Assembly: GCF_947568905.1 (NCBI RefSeq)
Contig: NC_079164.1
Span: 94,922,001 to 94,986,000 of the forward strand
Reading direction: 5' to 3'
Source: Ostrea edulis
Lineage: Eukaryota
DNA length: 64,000 bases
The notes under the pieces were generated by a model. The model saw nothing but the letters and a program-made list of their open reading frames with translations, was not told the DNA's origin and searched no databases. A program made the translations under genes and the position numbers. Below, piece after piece: positions 35,221 through 47,970 of the stretch (within the stretch, counting starts at the first letter, position 1; each line of letters starts with the position of its first letter).

Positions 35221-36189
35221 AAAGGGGGAGGGGGCTTTGTTGTTGAATGAGAAGTCTATAAGTAATATGATTATAAGCCTTCATAAAATGATAAATTTGG
35301 GCATTGTCAAAATTATCATAAGTATAACTAACACTGAACACCTTCACAATTTTATGCTGATCATGTTATAAACCAATCGCAACTTTTCGGATGGCCGAAA
35401 AGGCCCGAGAATGTGCGATTGGTTGTATGATGTTGCCACGTTCTGGGCGCTTCGTTCTGGAAATTTCCATAAGGCTGATTGAACATTGAAAAAACGTAAA
35501 GGCATATATTTTATTCAACAATTATCAAAACTTATTTCTTCTTTAACATCAGAATCAAGCATCGATAAACGACGGATTCAATTAAGTTGTCATTTAAAAA
35601 AAGACTGGCTTAGATCCACCACTTTGCTCTCAGTTTTCCTATTTCAGATTAGTTTATCGAAAATGAAAGTAGGTTTTTAATTAATTTAATGATTTTTTTT
35701 TATCAAGTAAGGTTATATTATAGCTTACGGACTTCACCTCACATATGAAACAATATTAAAGGTGCAAGCAGTAACTCTGGAGCAAGCGTTTCGGAGTTTA
35801 TTGGCAAAATTTGTTAATTCATAAGTATGGATGTACTATTTCTAAGAAATAATGATGAATATAGGTATTGTGTCTTATATTTTTTAAGATACGGGATGGG
35901 TATAATACAAAAATTACAATATGACAATTTTTGTATTTACACAAAACCAGTAAATTTTAAAATACTACAATATTACAAATGAATCTTAGGCGAGACTACG
36001 TCTCTGTTGTGTCTTCAAAACATTGCACAAATTAGTCTCTGGGTGGCAGAAAAAAGGGATACAAGAAGGTTGATTCAAAGTCTGATGTCGTTCCCACTGT
36101 ATGATTTTCCCCTTAGAAATATTAATTCAAATCATAAATAAATCATGAATAACTAACGACATTAAGTTTAAGATTCATAATCTAACATC

Positions 36190-36912
36190 CAGTACTCTGA
36201 AGTTGAAATAAATATATGCTGGAGTTCCTCATTGACAATATCTTCGTGGTCTTTGGTGATCAGGTCTTCCGACAGTCTGGGGATTCCCCCATGGGCACGA
36301 ATTGTGCTCCTTTGTTAGCTGTTTTTATATTCCTATGAAGCAGAATTTATTCAAAAATGTCTACGTGAGAAGAAAAAAAACTCTTGCTGTGGCCTTCAAT
36401 TCGACATTTAGATATATCGACGAAATATTATCTATTAACAATAATAATTTTCATTCATATGCCGATTCCACATATCCCAGTGAACTCGAAATAAAAGACA
36501 CCACAGTCATCCACTTCTGCTTCATACTTAAATCGAAGTAGGCTACTGACAAACAAGTTGATGGTACAGGGGTTCCAAAAGTATCGGTTAAAGTCAGCAT
36601 TTCGCAAATTCTATGGTCGTTATAACGATCTAGTCCGTCAATACAACCGATTATTGGGTCTAATGCTGCCTGACGTGTTTCATACCGATTGTTAAGCCGT
36701 TCTTGACACACTGATTTTAACTACGGATAACTCCGTTTACCTGATCAAAATATAGGGCTCACGGCGGGTATGACCGGTCGACAGGGGATGCTTACTCCTC
36801 CTAGGCACCTGATCTCACCTCTGGTATATCCAGGGGTCCGTGTTTGCCCACCTCTCTATTTTGTATTGCTTATAGGAGTTACGAGATGGATCACTGTTAG
36901 TTATCTTCACCT
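36190..36912 (+). mobile_element. Penelope-like retroelement (RT terminates the ORF; Naiad/Chlamys-like arrangement), 5'-truncated with internal deletions
   Basis: MLEFLIDNIFVVFGDQVFRQS.G.PMGTNCAPLL, TFRYIDE, YPSELEIKDTT, KFYGRYNDLV; stop after VFHTDC with no downstream GIY-YIG; ~210-bp 3' UTR. Confidence 0.85.
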
Positions 36913-38499
36913 TTCACCCAATACTTTTCAATTGTTTCTTTGTGTGATAAGTAATCCTGATAAGACCCATATAGACACAGACCATCTCCTGGGAATTCCA
37001 AATTAAAAAAACGATGTTATCACAAGGTGAAATTATAGAAATATATTTGGAAGTTACTGTTGTTGTAGCTCTACTCTCAATCTCAAGTTTCAACAAGGTG
37101 ATGGGTTTCATTGATTACATTAAACTTCAGACTTTTCATATCTTTGATTCCGATTCTGTAATATTGAGGACTTCGGGTCCCTTACAACGAGTGGCTCTCT
37201 TGATGACTTCACCAGCTTGATCACACAGTCGTTTGTAAAATGAACCGACAGAGGGTATTGAAGATCATTCCGAGTAATATTTCAAATTGTGTGAAATTAT
37301 GAAGTACTTAAACCGATTATAAATCATTTCCTTTGGATTCAGTCGATGGTTTTCATTTGTTTCTAAACGAAATATTTAGGGCACAATCACTAATGTATGC
37401 ACTAAATGTGCGTTTTCAACCAATACTGCGGTATTGTATTAATCGGATGTCTGTATAGCGACTGAGAGTCGTACAAAGTAAACTGTACAGTGTAAAATTA
37501 GTGCACTGCTACATGTGTTTATATACAGCATGGTGCAAGGGTAGGCCATACCCGGTATTGACACTTCATCGACTAAGTGTAGTGATGGACTATCCCCCAA
37601 AACTTAATTCTTTCTCTGGTTTGCTGTTAACGTTTTGTAATGAAATGCCTTTTGGTGTTGTTATCAGATTTCAAGCATTCCGTATTGATAAAAGTTCATG
37701 CCGTTCATGAATTTTCATTCATAACCTGAGTAAACACGTTTCTGAGTCAAATTTATGTCTTTTGTTATGTTAGTGGTAAATTACACACATATAACCTAGT
37801 GATCCTTTATCAAATTTTGAGTAGTATATTTGTGTTGTCCTTTAAATGTAACCGCATTGGTTGTATCTATTTTAGTACGCTATACCTGTGTATAAATAGG
37901 ATCTAGTAACCTTCGGCCATTTTAACAAAAACCCTTACGTCTAAGATCGAAATTTAAATTAACATAAATAAATATGAAAAAAGTAGATCCTTGGTTGATG
38001 AAACGTGCATACTAACTCATGTCTGTGGTGTGTATTTGACTGAGAAGCAGAACAGAAATTACAGTATCTTAGTTGTAAGATATTTTGTGAAAAAAGATCG
38101 CTGGTCTAACAGTGCGTTGAGTAGGAAGTAAATTAGTTTAGGTCTAACGGAGTTGCCACTCGTAGAAGTTAAAGAGAACTTACGAAAGCCCATTGAGCTC
38201 ATTTTCATAGCCTAAAAATATTTCGCGTCATAACGATCTACTCAACTTCATTGCACTATAAAAATATACGTAGTTGGATTCAGTTGAAGGGATTTAAAGG
38301 AGCATGAATACGATTTGAGCTGAAAATTTTCAAATTTTATTTTTCCATTTTTATTGTTTGTAATGCTTAAAGTATTTCTAATGGTCAAGCAAAATTTGAA
38401 TATCAGTTGTTGAGTTACATGTGAGATACAGCACTCATAATTCTTTAGTACGTAAACAAGGCTCGTGCCATGTCTTTGTTTACATATACATGTAGATCG

Positions 38500-38712
38500 T
38501 GAAAGGTGAAGATAATGAACAGTGATCAATCTCATAACTCCTATAAATAATACAAAATAGATAGTTGGGCAAACACGGACCCCTGGACACACCAGAGGTG
38601 GGATCATGTGTCTAGGAGGAGCAAGCATCCCCTGTCAACCGGTCACACCCACCGTGAGCCCTATATCCTGATTAGGTAAACGGAGCTATCCGTAGTCAAA
38701 ATCAGTGTGCCA
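38500..38712 (-). mobile_element. Penelope-like 3' tail
   Basis: Reverse complement of the conserved 3' UTR. Confidence 0.8.
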
Positions 38713-38834
38713 ATAATAATGGTCTAATAATGGTCTCATTTTTGAATTACAAACTTATAGTATATCTGGTAGTCTTTTACATTGGCTCAGAAGCTGCTTA
38801 TGTCACAGATCACAAAAAGTAATGTATAAGGACC

Positions 38835-39215
38835 TTTTATCGTCAAAACTTGATATATTTGCTGGTGTACCCCAAGGCTCTGTTTTAGGACCTTTACTAT
38901 TTTTGATTTATATCAATGATGTTGCTGTTAATATGCTATCAAGGTGTAGATTATTTGCTGATGACAACTCACTACAGCAATCCTTGACTTGGTTAATATA
39001 TCAATTTGCCTCTGCAAACTAATATAAATATTTTTTCAGTTGTTCATAAATTTATAGAAGAAACTTGTAGATTCGTTTAATCATTGTACATTTTACCTGT
39101 TATTATTACCTTGCATGACATATTGTAATATTTTAGGAGGGGGACTTGTAAGTTGTCAGAACTTGTTCATAATCCATTTGATTTCATCAATAAAATATGT
39201 TCAAAACAATAAAAA
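38835..39215 (+). mobile_element. CR1-type LINE fragment with large internal deletion
   Basis: AGVPQGSVLGPLLFLIYIND..CRLFADD joined to a 3' tail ending AATAAAATATGTTCAAAACAATAAAAAA. Confidence 0.75.
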
Positions 39216-39499
39216 AGATAGCATGTTAAAACAAAATGAGATGTGCCAAACACCATGACACGAGCCTTGTTTGTATAACAAAGAATCGTGAGCCCTGTAT
39301 CTTCCATGTACCTTGACAACTGACATTAAATTTTTTGCAAACCATTACAAATACGTGAGTTGAGCATTCTAAACATTAAAGATGAAAAACTAAAGTTTGA
39401 ATTTTTTAAGTTCAAACTTTAAATAATAGTTACACATGTACCTACTTTAACCAAGGGGCAACAGAGAAGGACATGCTCACATCGAAATTAGTTTAACAA

Positions 39500-40170
39500 G
39501 TTTTATTTTTCTCATTCGCTGTTAACACAACATAGAGAACATATCAAACAATATTCAAAAACAATGTTCACGCATGCACAAGTAATTCATATAAATATAT
39601 ATCACAATCTTGATAATAAATAAGTACAACAAAAGACTATATACATATAACCCGGAGGGTTTACTCTCTCAGTAATTAATTGTATGTATTTACACAATTT
39701 TAAAAATAATTTTTTTTTTTAATTTTTGGTTGTAAATAGATTATGAAATTTTACAACATAAGGTCTAGTATGAAATGTTTCTGGTATATAATGTCGCCTA
39801 ATATCATTTAAAGCAGGACACATAAGAATATCATGCATCTCATCTCCAATATCAGAACTGCAAATATTACATTTTCTTTGATTTCGATCTGTATCTAGCC
39901 ACCTTCCCGTTTCTTAAATTTATGATTTGTGGTTCTAAACCTTGTTAATATACGTAGTTTATGTATTGCAATATTTTACAATATACATTCTTGACATTTA
40001 AAAGTAAGATTTGTAAAACGTCTGCGAGTTATACCTTTAGAAGATTCGTTACATTTAGATACCCAGTCTTGAATAAACTAATCGTGATCTTTCAATCTTT
40101 GTTTAACATGACAAATAATTCAGTTAGTGTTCATTTTGTCAACATTATACAATACATTAGACATTAGACA
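39500..40170 (-). mobile_element. degenerate LINE 3' part (related to 25435-26945)
   Basis: Minus strand gives VKQRLKD..FIQDW..SSKG and RFRTTNHK..TGRW..RKCNICSSDIGDEMH..CPAL across frameshifts. Confidence 0.7.
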
Positions 40171-40422
40171 TTCCACAGTCATCTAATATTTTCTTTAAAT
40201 TCAAAAACCATTTTGGTTGACATCCCTTGGGAAATTTATGTACAAGAAATTTATATAACAACGGACGGTCGTTTTGATTTGATCAATGACTATATACCCG
40301 GTAAATGTACGATAATTAGTTGAACATTTACATAAAGAAATTAATGAATCATCTAGCTTTATTGATGATTTAACCCCTATCGATCCGAGATGCCACCCAG
40401 CAGGCCGCCATATTGAAACTCC

Positions 40423-41660
40423 ATACAATTACATATATACAGTGTCAATTCTACAATTATATGTATACAGTGTCAATTCTACAATTACATATATACAGTG
40501 TCAATTCTACAATTACATATATACAGTGTCAATTCTACAATTACATGTATACAGTGTCAATTCTACAATTACATGTACACAGTGTCAATTCTACAATTAC
40601 ATATACAGTGTCAATTCTACAATTACATATATACAGTGTCAATTCTACAATTACATATATACAGTGTCAATTCTACAATTACATATACAGTGTCAATTCT
40701 ACAATTACATGTACACAGTGTCAATTCTACAATTACATGTACACAGTGTCAATTCTACAATTACATATATACAGTGTCAATTCTACAATTACATGTATAC
40801 AGTGTCAATTCTACAATTACATGTACACAGTGTCAATTCTACAATTACATATATACAGTGTCAATTCTACAATCACATATACAGTGTCAACTCTACAATT
40901 ACATGTACACAGTGTCAATTCTACAATTACATATATACAGTGTCAATTCTATAATTACATGTATACAGTGTCAATTCTACAATTACATATAAACAGTGTC
41001 AATTCTACAATTACATGTACACAGTGTCAATTCCACAATTACATATATACAATGTCAATTCTACAATTACATATAAACAGTGTCAATTCTACAATTACAT
41101 ATACATAGTGTCAATTCTACAATTACATATACAGTGTCAATTCTACAATTACATGTATACAGTGTCAATTCTACAATTACATGTACACAGTGTCAATTCT
41201 ACAATTACATATATACAGTGTCAATTCTACAATTACATGTATACAGTGTCAATTCTACAATTACATATAAACAGTGTCAATTCTACAATTACATGTACAC
41301 AGTGTCAATTCCACAATTACATATATACAATGTCAATTCTACAATTACATATAAACAGTGTCAATTCTACAATTATATGTACACAGTGTCAATTCCACAA
41401 TTACATATATACAATGTCAATTCTACAATTACATATACAGTGTCAATTCTACAATTACATATATACAGTGTCAATTCTACAATTACAAGTATACAGTGTC
41501 AATTCTACAATTACATATATACAGTGTCAATTCTACAATTACATATATACAATGTCAATTCTACAATTACATGTATACAGTGTCAATTCTACAATTACAT
41601 ATATACAATGTCAATTCTACAATTAAGTGTATACAGTGTCAATTCTACAATTACATGTAT
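40423..41660. repeat. 28/30-bp minisatellite array, about 40 units
   Basis: ACAGTGTCAATTCTACAATTACAT followed by a variable end (ATAT, GTAT, GTAC, ATAA, AT). Confidence 0.95.
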
Positions 41661-42125
41661 ACTGTGTCATTCTAAACGAATCAATTTTTTCTAAGAATAC
41701 ATGTGGTTTGTGCAAAATTAGAAACGAAGAAGATTTACATAACTTTAACGTTTTGGGATATAAATTATATTATTATACCTCAGTATGATAATGCCATGCA
41801 ACGCGTAATCTGATTGGTCTAGACGGTCACGTGCCAGGGAGGACAAAACTTCATATCTCCCTCTCAGACATCATATCTCCCTATCTTATTATATACTTTC
41901 AATTTCATCTCTTCTTTTTTCTTTAAAAGTTTGCGGGCATATATCACACGATATATGCCCGGAAACATTCCGGCCCGCAAACATTACGTCACAATCAAAT
42001 TTCTACGCCGTTAATTTTCAAATTTTTCGTGTTTTTCATCTTTTACTCAGTTAAACCGATAAAGTTATTGTTAAAAATAAAATTATTGTTAGTTTCTAAA
42101 TGAAATTGAAAGTATATAATAAAAA

Positions 42126-42250
42126 GGTTATAGACTTTGTATGGGAAATATGACGACCTCGTTTTTTGTCGCGAACGGACCTCGCAAGCTCGGTCCGTCT
42201 ACGCGCCAAAAAACTCGGTCGTCATATTTTCCCATACAAAGTCTATAACC
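42126..42250. repeat. long imperfect palindrome (hairpin) of a non-autonomous element; AcademH target
   Basis: GGTTATAGACTTTGTATGGGAAATATGACGACC .. GGTCGTCATATTTTCCCATACAAAGTCTATAACC. Confidence 0.85.
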
Positions 42251-42533
42251 ATTCTCTCACCAGAGGGCGTGTTACACATACACCAGAGGGCGTGTTACAC
42301 ATACACCAGAGGGCGTGTTACACATACACCTCTGTCAACGCTTGAGAAAGTAGTCCATGATTAATCTCATCACATGACGCGGTTAAAATGGCGGATTTTG
42401 TACACACTGCAACAAAACACTCAAGAATGGATTGTATTATTTGTTTTCCTTTTGAAGTTGTGACATTTGAATTGACTGGATTGTTTTATTTGTTTTCTGT
42501 TTGAAGTTGTGACACTTGAATTGACTGGATAAA

Positions 42534-45500
42534 ATGGTGGAATTATCCACTCCAACAAAACAATCAAAGATTGATTGTTTTATTTGTTTTTCGAAAGAAG
42601 TTGTGACATTTAAATTAGCAGGACGAAAACTGTTGGCAGAGGATTTTAATTCTAAACTAAATGAAATCCTAGGTGCAAAGGTAGTGGGTGCTTTGTGTGC
42701 TATGGATGCAGCAGTTTGCCGAAATTGTTACGGTAAGGTGTTGAAGTTAAACGATTTTCTTCACAAGACTAGATCCTCGGCTTCATCTTACATAGCAACG
42801 GGTGCTTCAACAACTAAAAAGGGTATGTTGTCACCAATAACCCCAAAATCACTTGCCGTCACCGACTCAGTGTCCACGGTGCGTGGAACTTCACGAAAAC
42901 AACTCAAATTGTTTCAACTGTCAAAAGATATAGATTTCTGTGTGTCTGTGCCTGAAGAAGTGCCTTTCTTTGACCAGGATCACGATCACTCGTATGTGAC
43001 AATGCAGGAAGCTGGTCATGATGATGTGAAGGAGAAACAGACACTACAGTGTTTGACAGATATTTTTACTGAACGAGAAAATGTAAAAGAAGGTGATATT
43101 CTAAGAACATTGAGGTCTCAGTCATTCCAATTGACAACAAAGTCTGTTCCTTTTGGATCTGTTCTTTACTTCAAGGGTCCAAACCAAGTGGTGGAAAAAG
43201 AAGATTTGATATTTGACATTATATCTGAATTGAAAACGAGGTAAGATTCATAACCAACCTTAGTATTTACCCCCATCCCTTACCGTAAAGTTTTTAAGGC
43301 AGTTGGAGTAAGAAAAAATGTCATCTGAACTCAATAACTTGAGTGCATGACATATATTTTTGTCTACAATTTGTCTGTCTGATAAGTGCTAAGTCTACTT
43401 TGATATATTAGCAGTCACTCATATAATATACAACTATAAAAGCTATTACAGACAACACACATATTTCTCAAACACTCTGATATTGTTATCTGGTAGGATT
43501 TGTCAGCATACTATTTAAGTGAAATCTGTTTCAAGTTACTCAATTTAGAGTAATTGATATAAAATTTATTGAAAAAAGAACTTGATTCTTCAGTCTAAAC
43601 ATGTATGTCAATTAGATAAATATAGATTATGTTCACTCTTTCCTTTTGCAGATTGCCTTTTCTGCTACAAGTATTCATGACTATTGCTGTTCCAAATTCC
43701 CAGAAAATCAAGCCTTCAATTATTCCTGTATTAGCATCATGCTATGCTATCTTGATGAAAAATAGAAGTCAGTATCTTACCGTATATCACAAAATGACTT
43801 CAGCAATAGCTGCCGAAGCTGGACTTGATGATGACAGGGTACAGTGTTTCTACATTTTATGTACATAATGTCTCTTGACATTAAAGTTTGTTTTTTGTTT
43901 AAAGGATCTTGGCTATAACCATTTGATTAAATTTTCATAATTGGTAGATTGAGACCAAGTTGAATGCCCTTAACTGAATTACATCCATCACTCTGTTAGC
44001 ATTTTGACTATTGAAATCTTTAAATTGCATCTGTATATTTTGATTGTAAAAATGGAAGATATTGACAAAATTTGTCAGACAGCTACCCCATTCTCCCTTC
44101 AGAATCAAATGGTCGTACCTTTGAATTTGTTTAGCACTATTAGATCTAGTTAGTTCAGGGTTTCAATTTGAATATATATAATATTTAGTATAGGTACTAT
44201 CTGTAATCCATGGATAGAAAACTTTTAGTGTGAGTTTAATAGTTGATAAGAATCAGTTCATTAAAAATGTTAAACTTTTGAATGTATTGTGATTAGGGAT
44301 GGATAATTGAAAAATGTAAGTTGTAATATGCTGTTCTTTAAATACATTTATAAATTAATTGGATTTATTGGTAATGGCATGACTTTGTTTTCAATTACAA
44401 GTAATTGAATGTATTTAAATGTACATTCCAAAACAAAATTTTAGCAGAATTCCTTATAAGGCTTGGAATATGAATCCAAGCAGTATTCACGGTCAAGTCT
44501 TACAAACTTCAGTGATTGAAATGTATTGAATTACATTCTTCAAAGTAATTGAGAGTAATTAATTTAATATATATATTAAAACCAATGTAATTAAAAGTAT
44601 TGAATTACATTTTCAATGTAATTGATCCCACCCCTGATTGTTATCCTTCATTCATTAACATCAATTCTTGCATGTGTTATTTTGTTTGTATTTTATTACT
44701 TGTTTGTTGATCAATTAATCAGGGATTAGTGACTTCATGGACATTTTCTTTAACAATATAAGCTTATCATATATCAGTTTAACACTTCCAAAATAAAATG
44801 TTTAAAGTTAAAATGTTACAGTTCAATTTTAATTAGTAAATGATGTATTAATCAAAAACGTCAGTGATTGAAATGTATTGAATTACATTCTTCAAAGTAA
44901 TTGAGAGTAATTAATCTCATATATATATTAAAACCAATGTAATTAAAAGTATTGAATTACATTTTCAATGTAATTGATCCCACCCCTGATTGTTATCCTT
45001 CATATATTCATTAACGTCAATTCTTGCATGTGTTATTTTGTTTGTATTTTATTGCTTGTTTGTTGATCAATTAATCAGGGATTAGTGACATCATGGACAT
45101 TTTCTTTAACAATATAAGCTTATCATATCTCAGTTTAACACTTCCAAAATAAAATGTTTAAAGTTAAAATGTTACAGTTCAATTTTAATTAGTAAATGAT
45201 GTATTAATCAAAAACACCAATTCCTGATTATTTTAATTTTCTTTCATTCAGCATTTATCAGGTTGCTTTGTTGATTCAGAAGATCTTTCCATTTAACAAA
45301 GATTGACAAGAAAGTACCCACAGAAAAGGTATAAAGTATATTTGAATCCTTAAGGGAACAAAGAAAACCACATGAGTTCAAGTATACCAGTTATTATAAA
45401 ATATTTGTATAAAAGAACGACAATTTTAATGAAAATAACATATTATTAATTTCTAGTTACTGAAGAGTTGAAAGTTATACTATTTGATAAGTTTCGAATG

Positions 45501-47889
45501 TAAAAAGAGGTAATATAATTTACAATTGTTATGATCTCTTATGATTTCATTAATTTATAATCCAATTTAGTAATTATACAAGTATAAAATTGTGTCCATG
45601 TATTTATTCATGTTATTACATACTTGTTCACAACATCTTTTAATCACAATTAAAGGGCCAGACAAGATTCAACCAACTGGGAATTGTTCTCTCATCCCAA
45701 AGGCGATTGAAGTTTCAAGATAGTTTAGGAGAATCATGTCAAAACCTTATTGTGCAGAATTTGAAGTTCAATCCACTTATCAAATTGACAGGTTAGTGAC
45801 TGGTTTTAACATTTATGATTATTATACCCTCACCATCAGCATAGCATCCTGAAAAACTAAATTGGGTTATATTGAAACTTCACTAAAAGGGTATATTGAG
45901 TGGGACATGCCTAAAGATTTTGAGAAGAAAAGATTAAAGGTCACAGTGTATGAGAGTTAGAAATGTGCTGCCGGGGCATATGTTTCAGCAAGAAATGTTT
46001 CAGAAACATGTATGCCATCCGTGGTGCCAAATTGAAAAGATTTATATACATTTGCACCATTTAACTAATAATAGTGCCAAAGCAAGTCATGATATTGAGC
46101 AGACAATACCTTCCTATGTCAAATCTTAGAGTGGATTGACCCTTGACTATATGTTACCTAAAAATCAATAGGGGTCCTACTCCTTATACAGCTAGTATAT
46201 TACTTTGTCCAGAGTTTCTCAATAAAATATGTTTGAACTTTGTCCAGAGTGAATTGACCCTTGACCTGACAATCAATAAGGGTCCTCTTCTACAAATAAA
46301 GAACCCACATATACATATGATGAAATGTCAATACAATCATGTGCATGATTTTTATTATGTGGTCTACCAGTCATGAGATGTGTAAAGCAACATGCCCCTC
46401 CTCTTTGAAGGAGGGCATCTTTAGTTTTATTATCCTTTATGCTGCAGGAAGACAGTTTTTCATGTGAATAACAAATAACAAATATAGCTTGCAAGTCACA
46501 CTTGCATGGAACTCAGTACAATTGGTATTCGCCCAATATCTTGAAAATCCTTTGTTTGATAGCGATGATATTTCATACTTGGGTTGGATATATATTCATA
46601 GCAGATGACCCCTACTGACTTCCAAACATTGAAAGGTCACTGGATGCAATGAATACAGTGGGGCCACAATAGGGGATCAAAGTTATTGTGGGATCAAAGT
46701 TTTACATGCTGATATATAGGAAAATCTTCTCCACTGGGCTAATTTCAACCATATTTATGAAGTGGTGTTTGTCACATCAATTGAGTGGTGGCCGCCATTT
46801 ATTTTACACAGTGTCTGTCAGTTGAATAAACTGGCACCTACTGGCTTCTGTGGTTTTTAAACAAATTCTCATTTGCAATGTAGAATATTAAGTTTCTCTT
46901 CAATACGTGTGCTTATGGTCTACATATTGCATTCCTTTGTTATAACCCATGTTCTTACTTTTATTGTTTGGCTCCTTTTGTTAACAGGTGATAATCTTGA
47001 TCTGTATGTGAAGGCTTCCATAATGACCTCAGAGAAGAGGAATAAGGATATGCACCTTTTCACTTCAAATGTGATATTTCCCCGTATTGCAACAATAGAC
47101 ATGTGCAATGATGTGCCAAAGGTGGATACCAAAACTTTGACTGCAGATAAAGTGTTACTTGCTGAATCCTGTCCCCAGCGGAATAGATTAATATATGCCT
47201 ACCAAATTTTACTTGGAAGAAACCTTTGCAAAATTCCGGCATTCGGACAATTTCGAAATCTGTTTCCTGACCATATTCCCCATGAATACAGTAGGAAGAT
47301 GTCTGCAGTCTCGAAAGTGTTTCCTTTGCCTGTCATGTTTAAGAATGAAGCAAAACATGAGGACTGCTTAGCAATTATGGACATGTATGAAAGTGAGCTT
47401 GTGCAGTTATACACAAAGGCATTTGGTAATTAAGTTTATGATATTATGTTTTCTTTTTCTTATGCTTAATGTCTTATTTAACTTATTCCATAATGTTTAT
47501 GGTTTTGATCTTTAGAAAATAGCATGTAACAATTGGTCGGTATGTCTGGCCATATGTAATTCCATCCTAATTTTACAAAGGAAACCCCAATTATGCAAAT
47601 AATAATTAGCTAGTAGAACAAATGCAAAATGTTAGGTTGATATAATGCGTGATGAAAGACTAAATGGGAACTTGAAAATAATCTATTTTTCAATTTCAGG
47701 CAGTGAGGAACTACTTCGAAAATTCCAATGTGTGGTCGGTGGTGACCAATTGACCAGAGTCAGGCTACAGGAGGCAAAAAACCTACGAACACTGTCAATT
47801 ACCCCAGAAAAACGATTTGATGATATGAACCCAATGGTATGCGAACTGTGGCACAGTAAACAGGATTTCTTAGAGGTATGTGAATAGAA

Positions 47890-47970
<81 letters not shown>

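Noticed and set aside
36690-36912. Hammerhead ribozyme or SECIS element in the Penelope-like 3' UTR
   Set aside because: CTGATCA is not the CUGANGA core and no GAAA partner follows. A TGAC..TGAT-bounded stem exists but pairs poorly and lacks the apical AA. Needs a covariance-model search.
40413-41694. Six long ORFs (105-231 aa), and a CRISPR-like reading of the array
   Set aside because: Translations of a stop-free minisatellite; there are no unique spacers between repeats and the context is eukaryotic with no cas genes.
45252-45328. Candidate extra transposase exon with good AG/GT sites
   Set aside because: Stop codons in all three frames; exon 45656-45791 joins exons 2 and 4 in phase without it.
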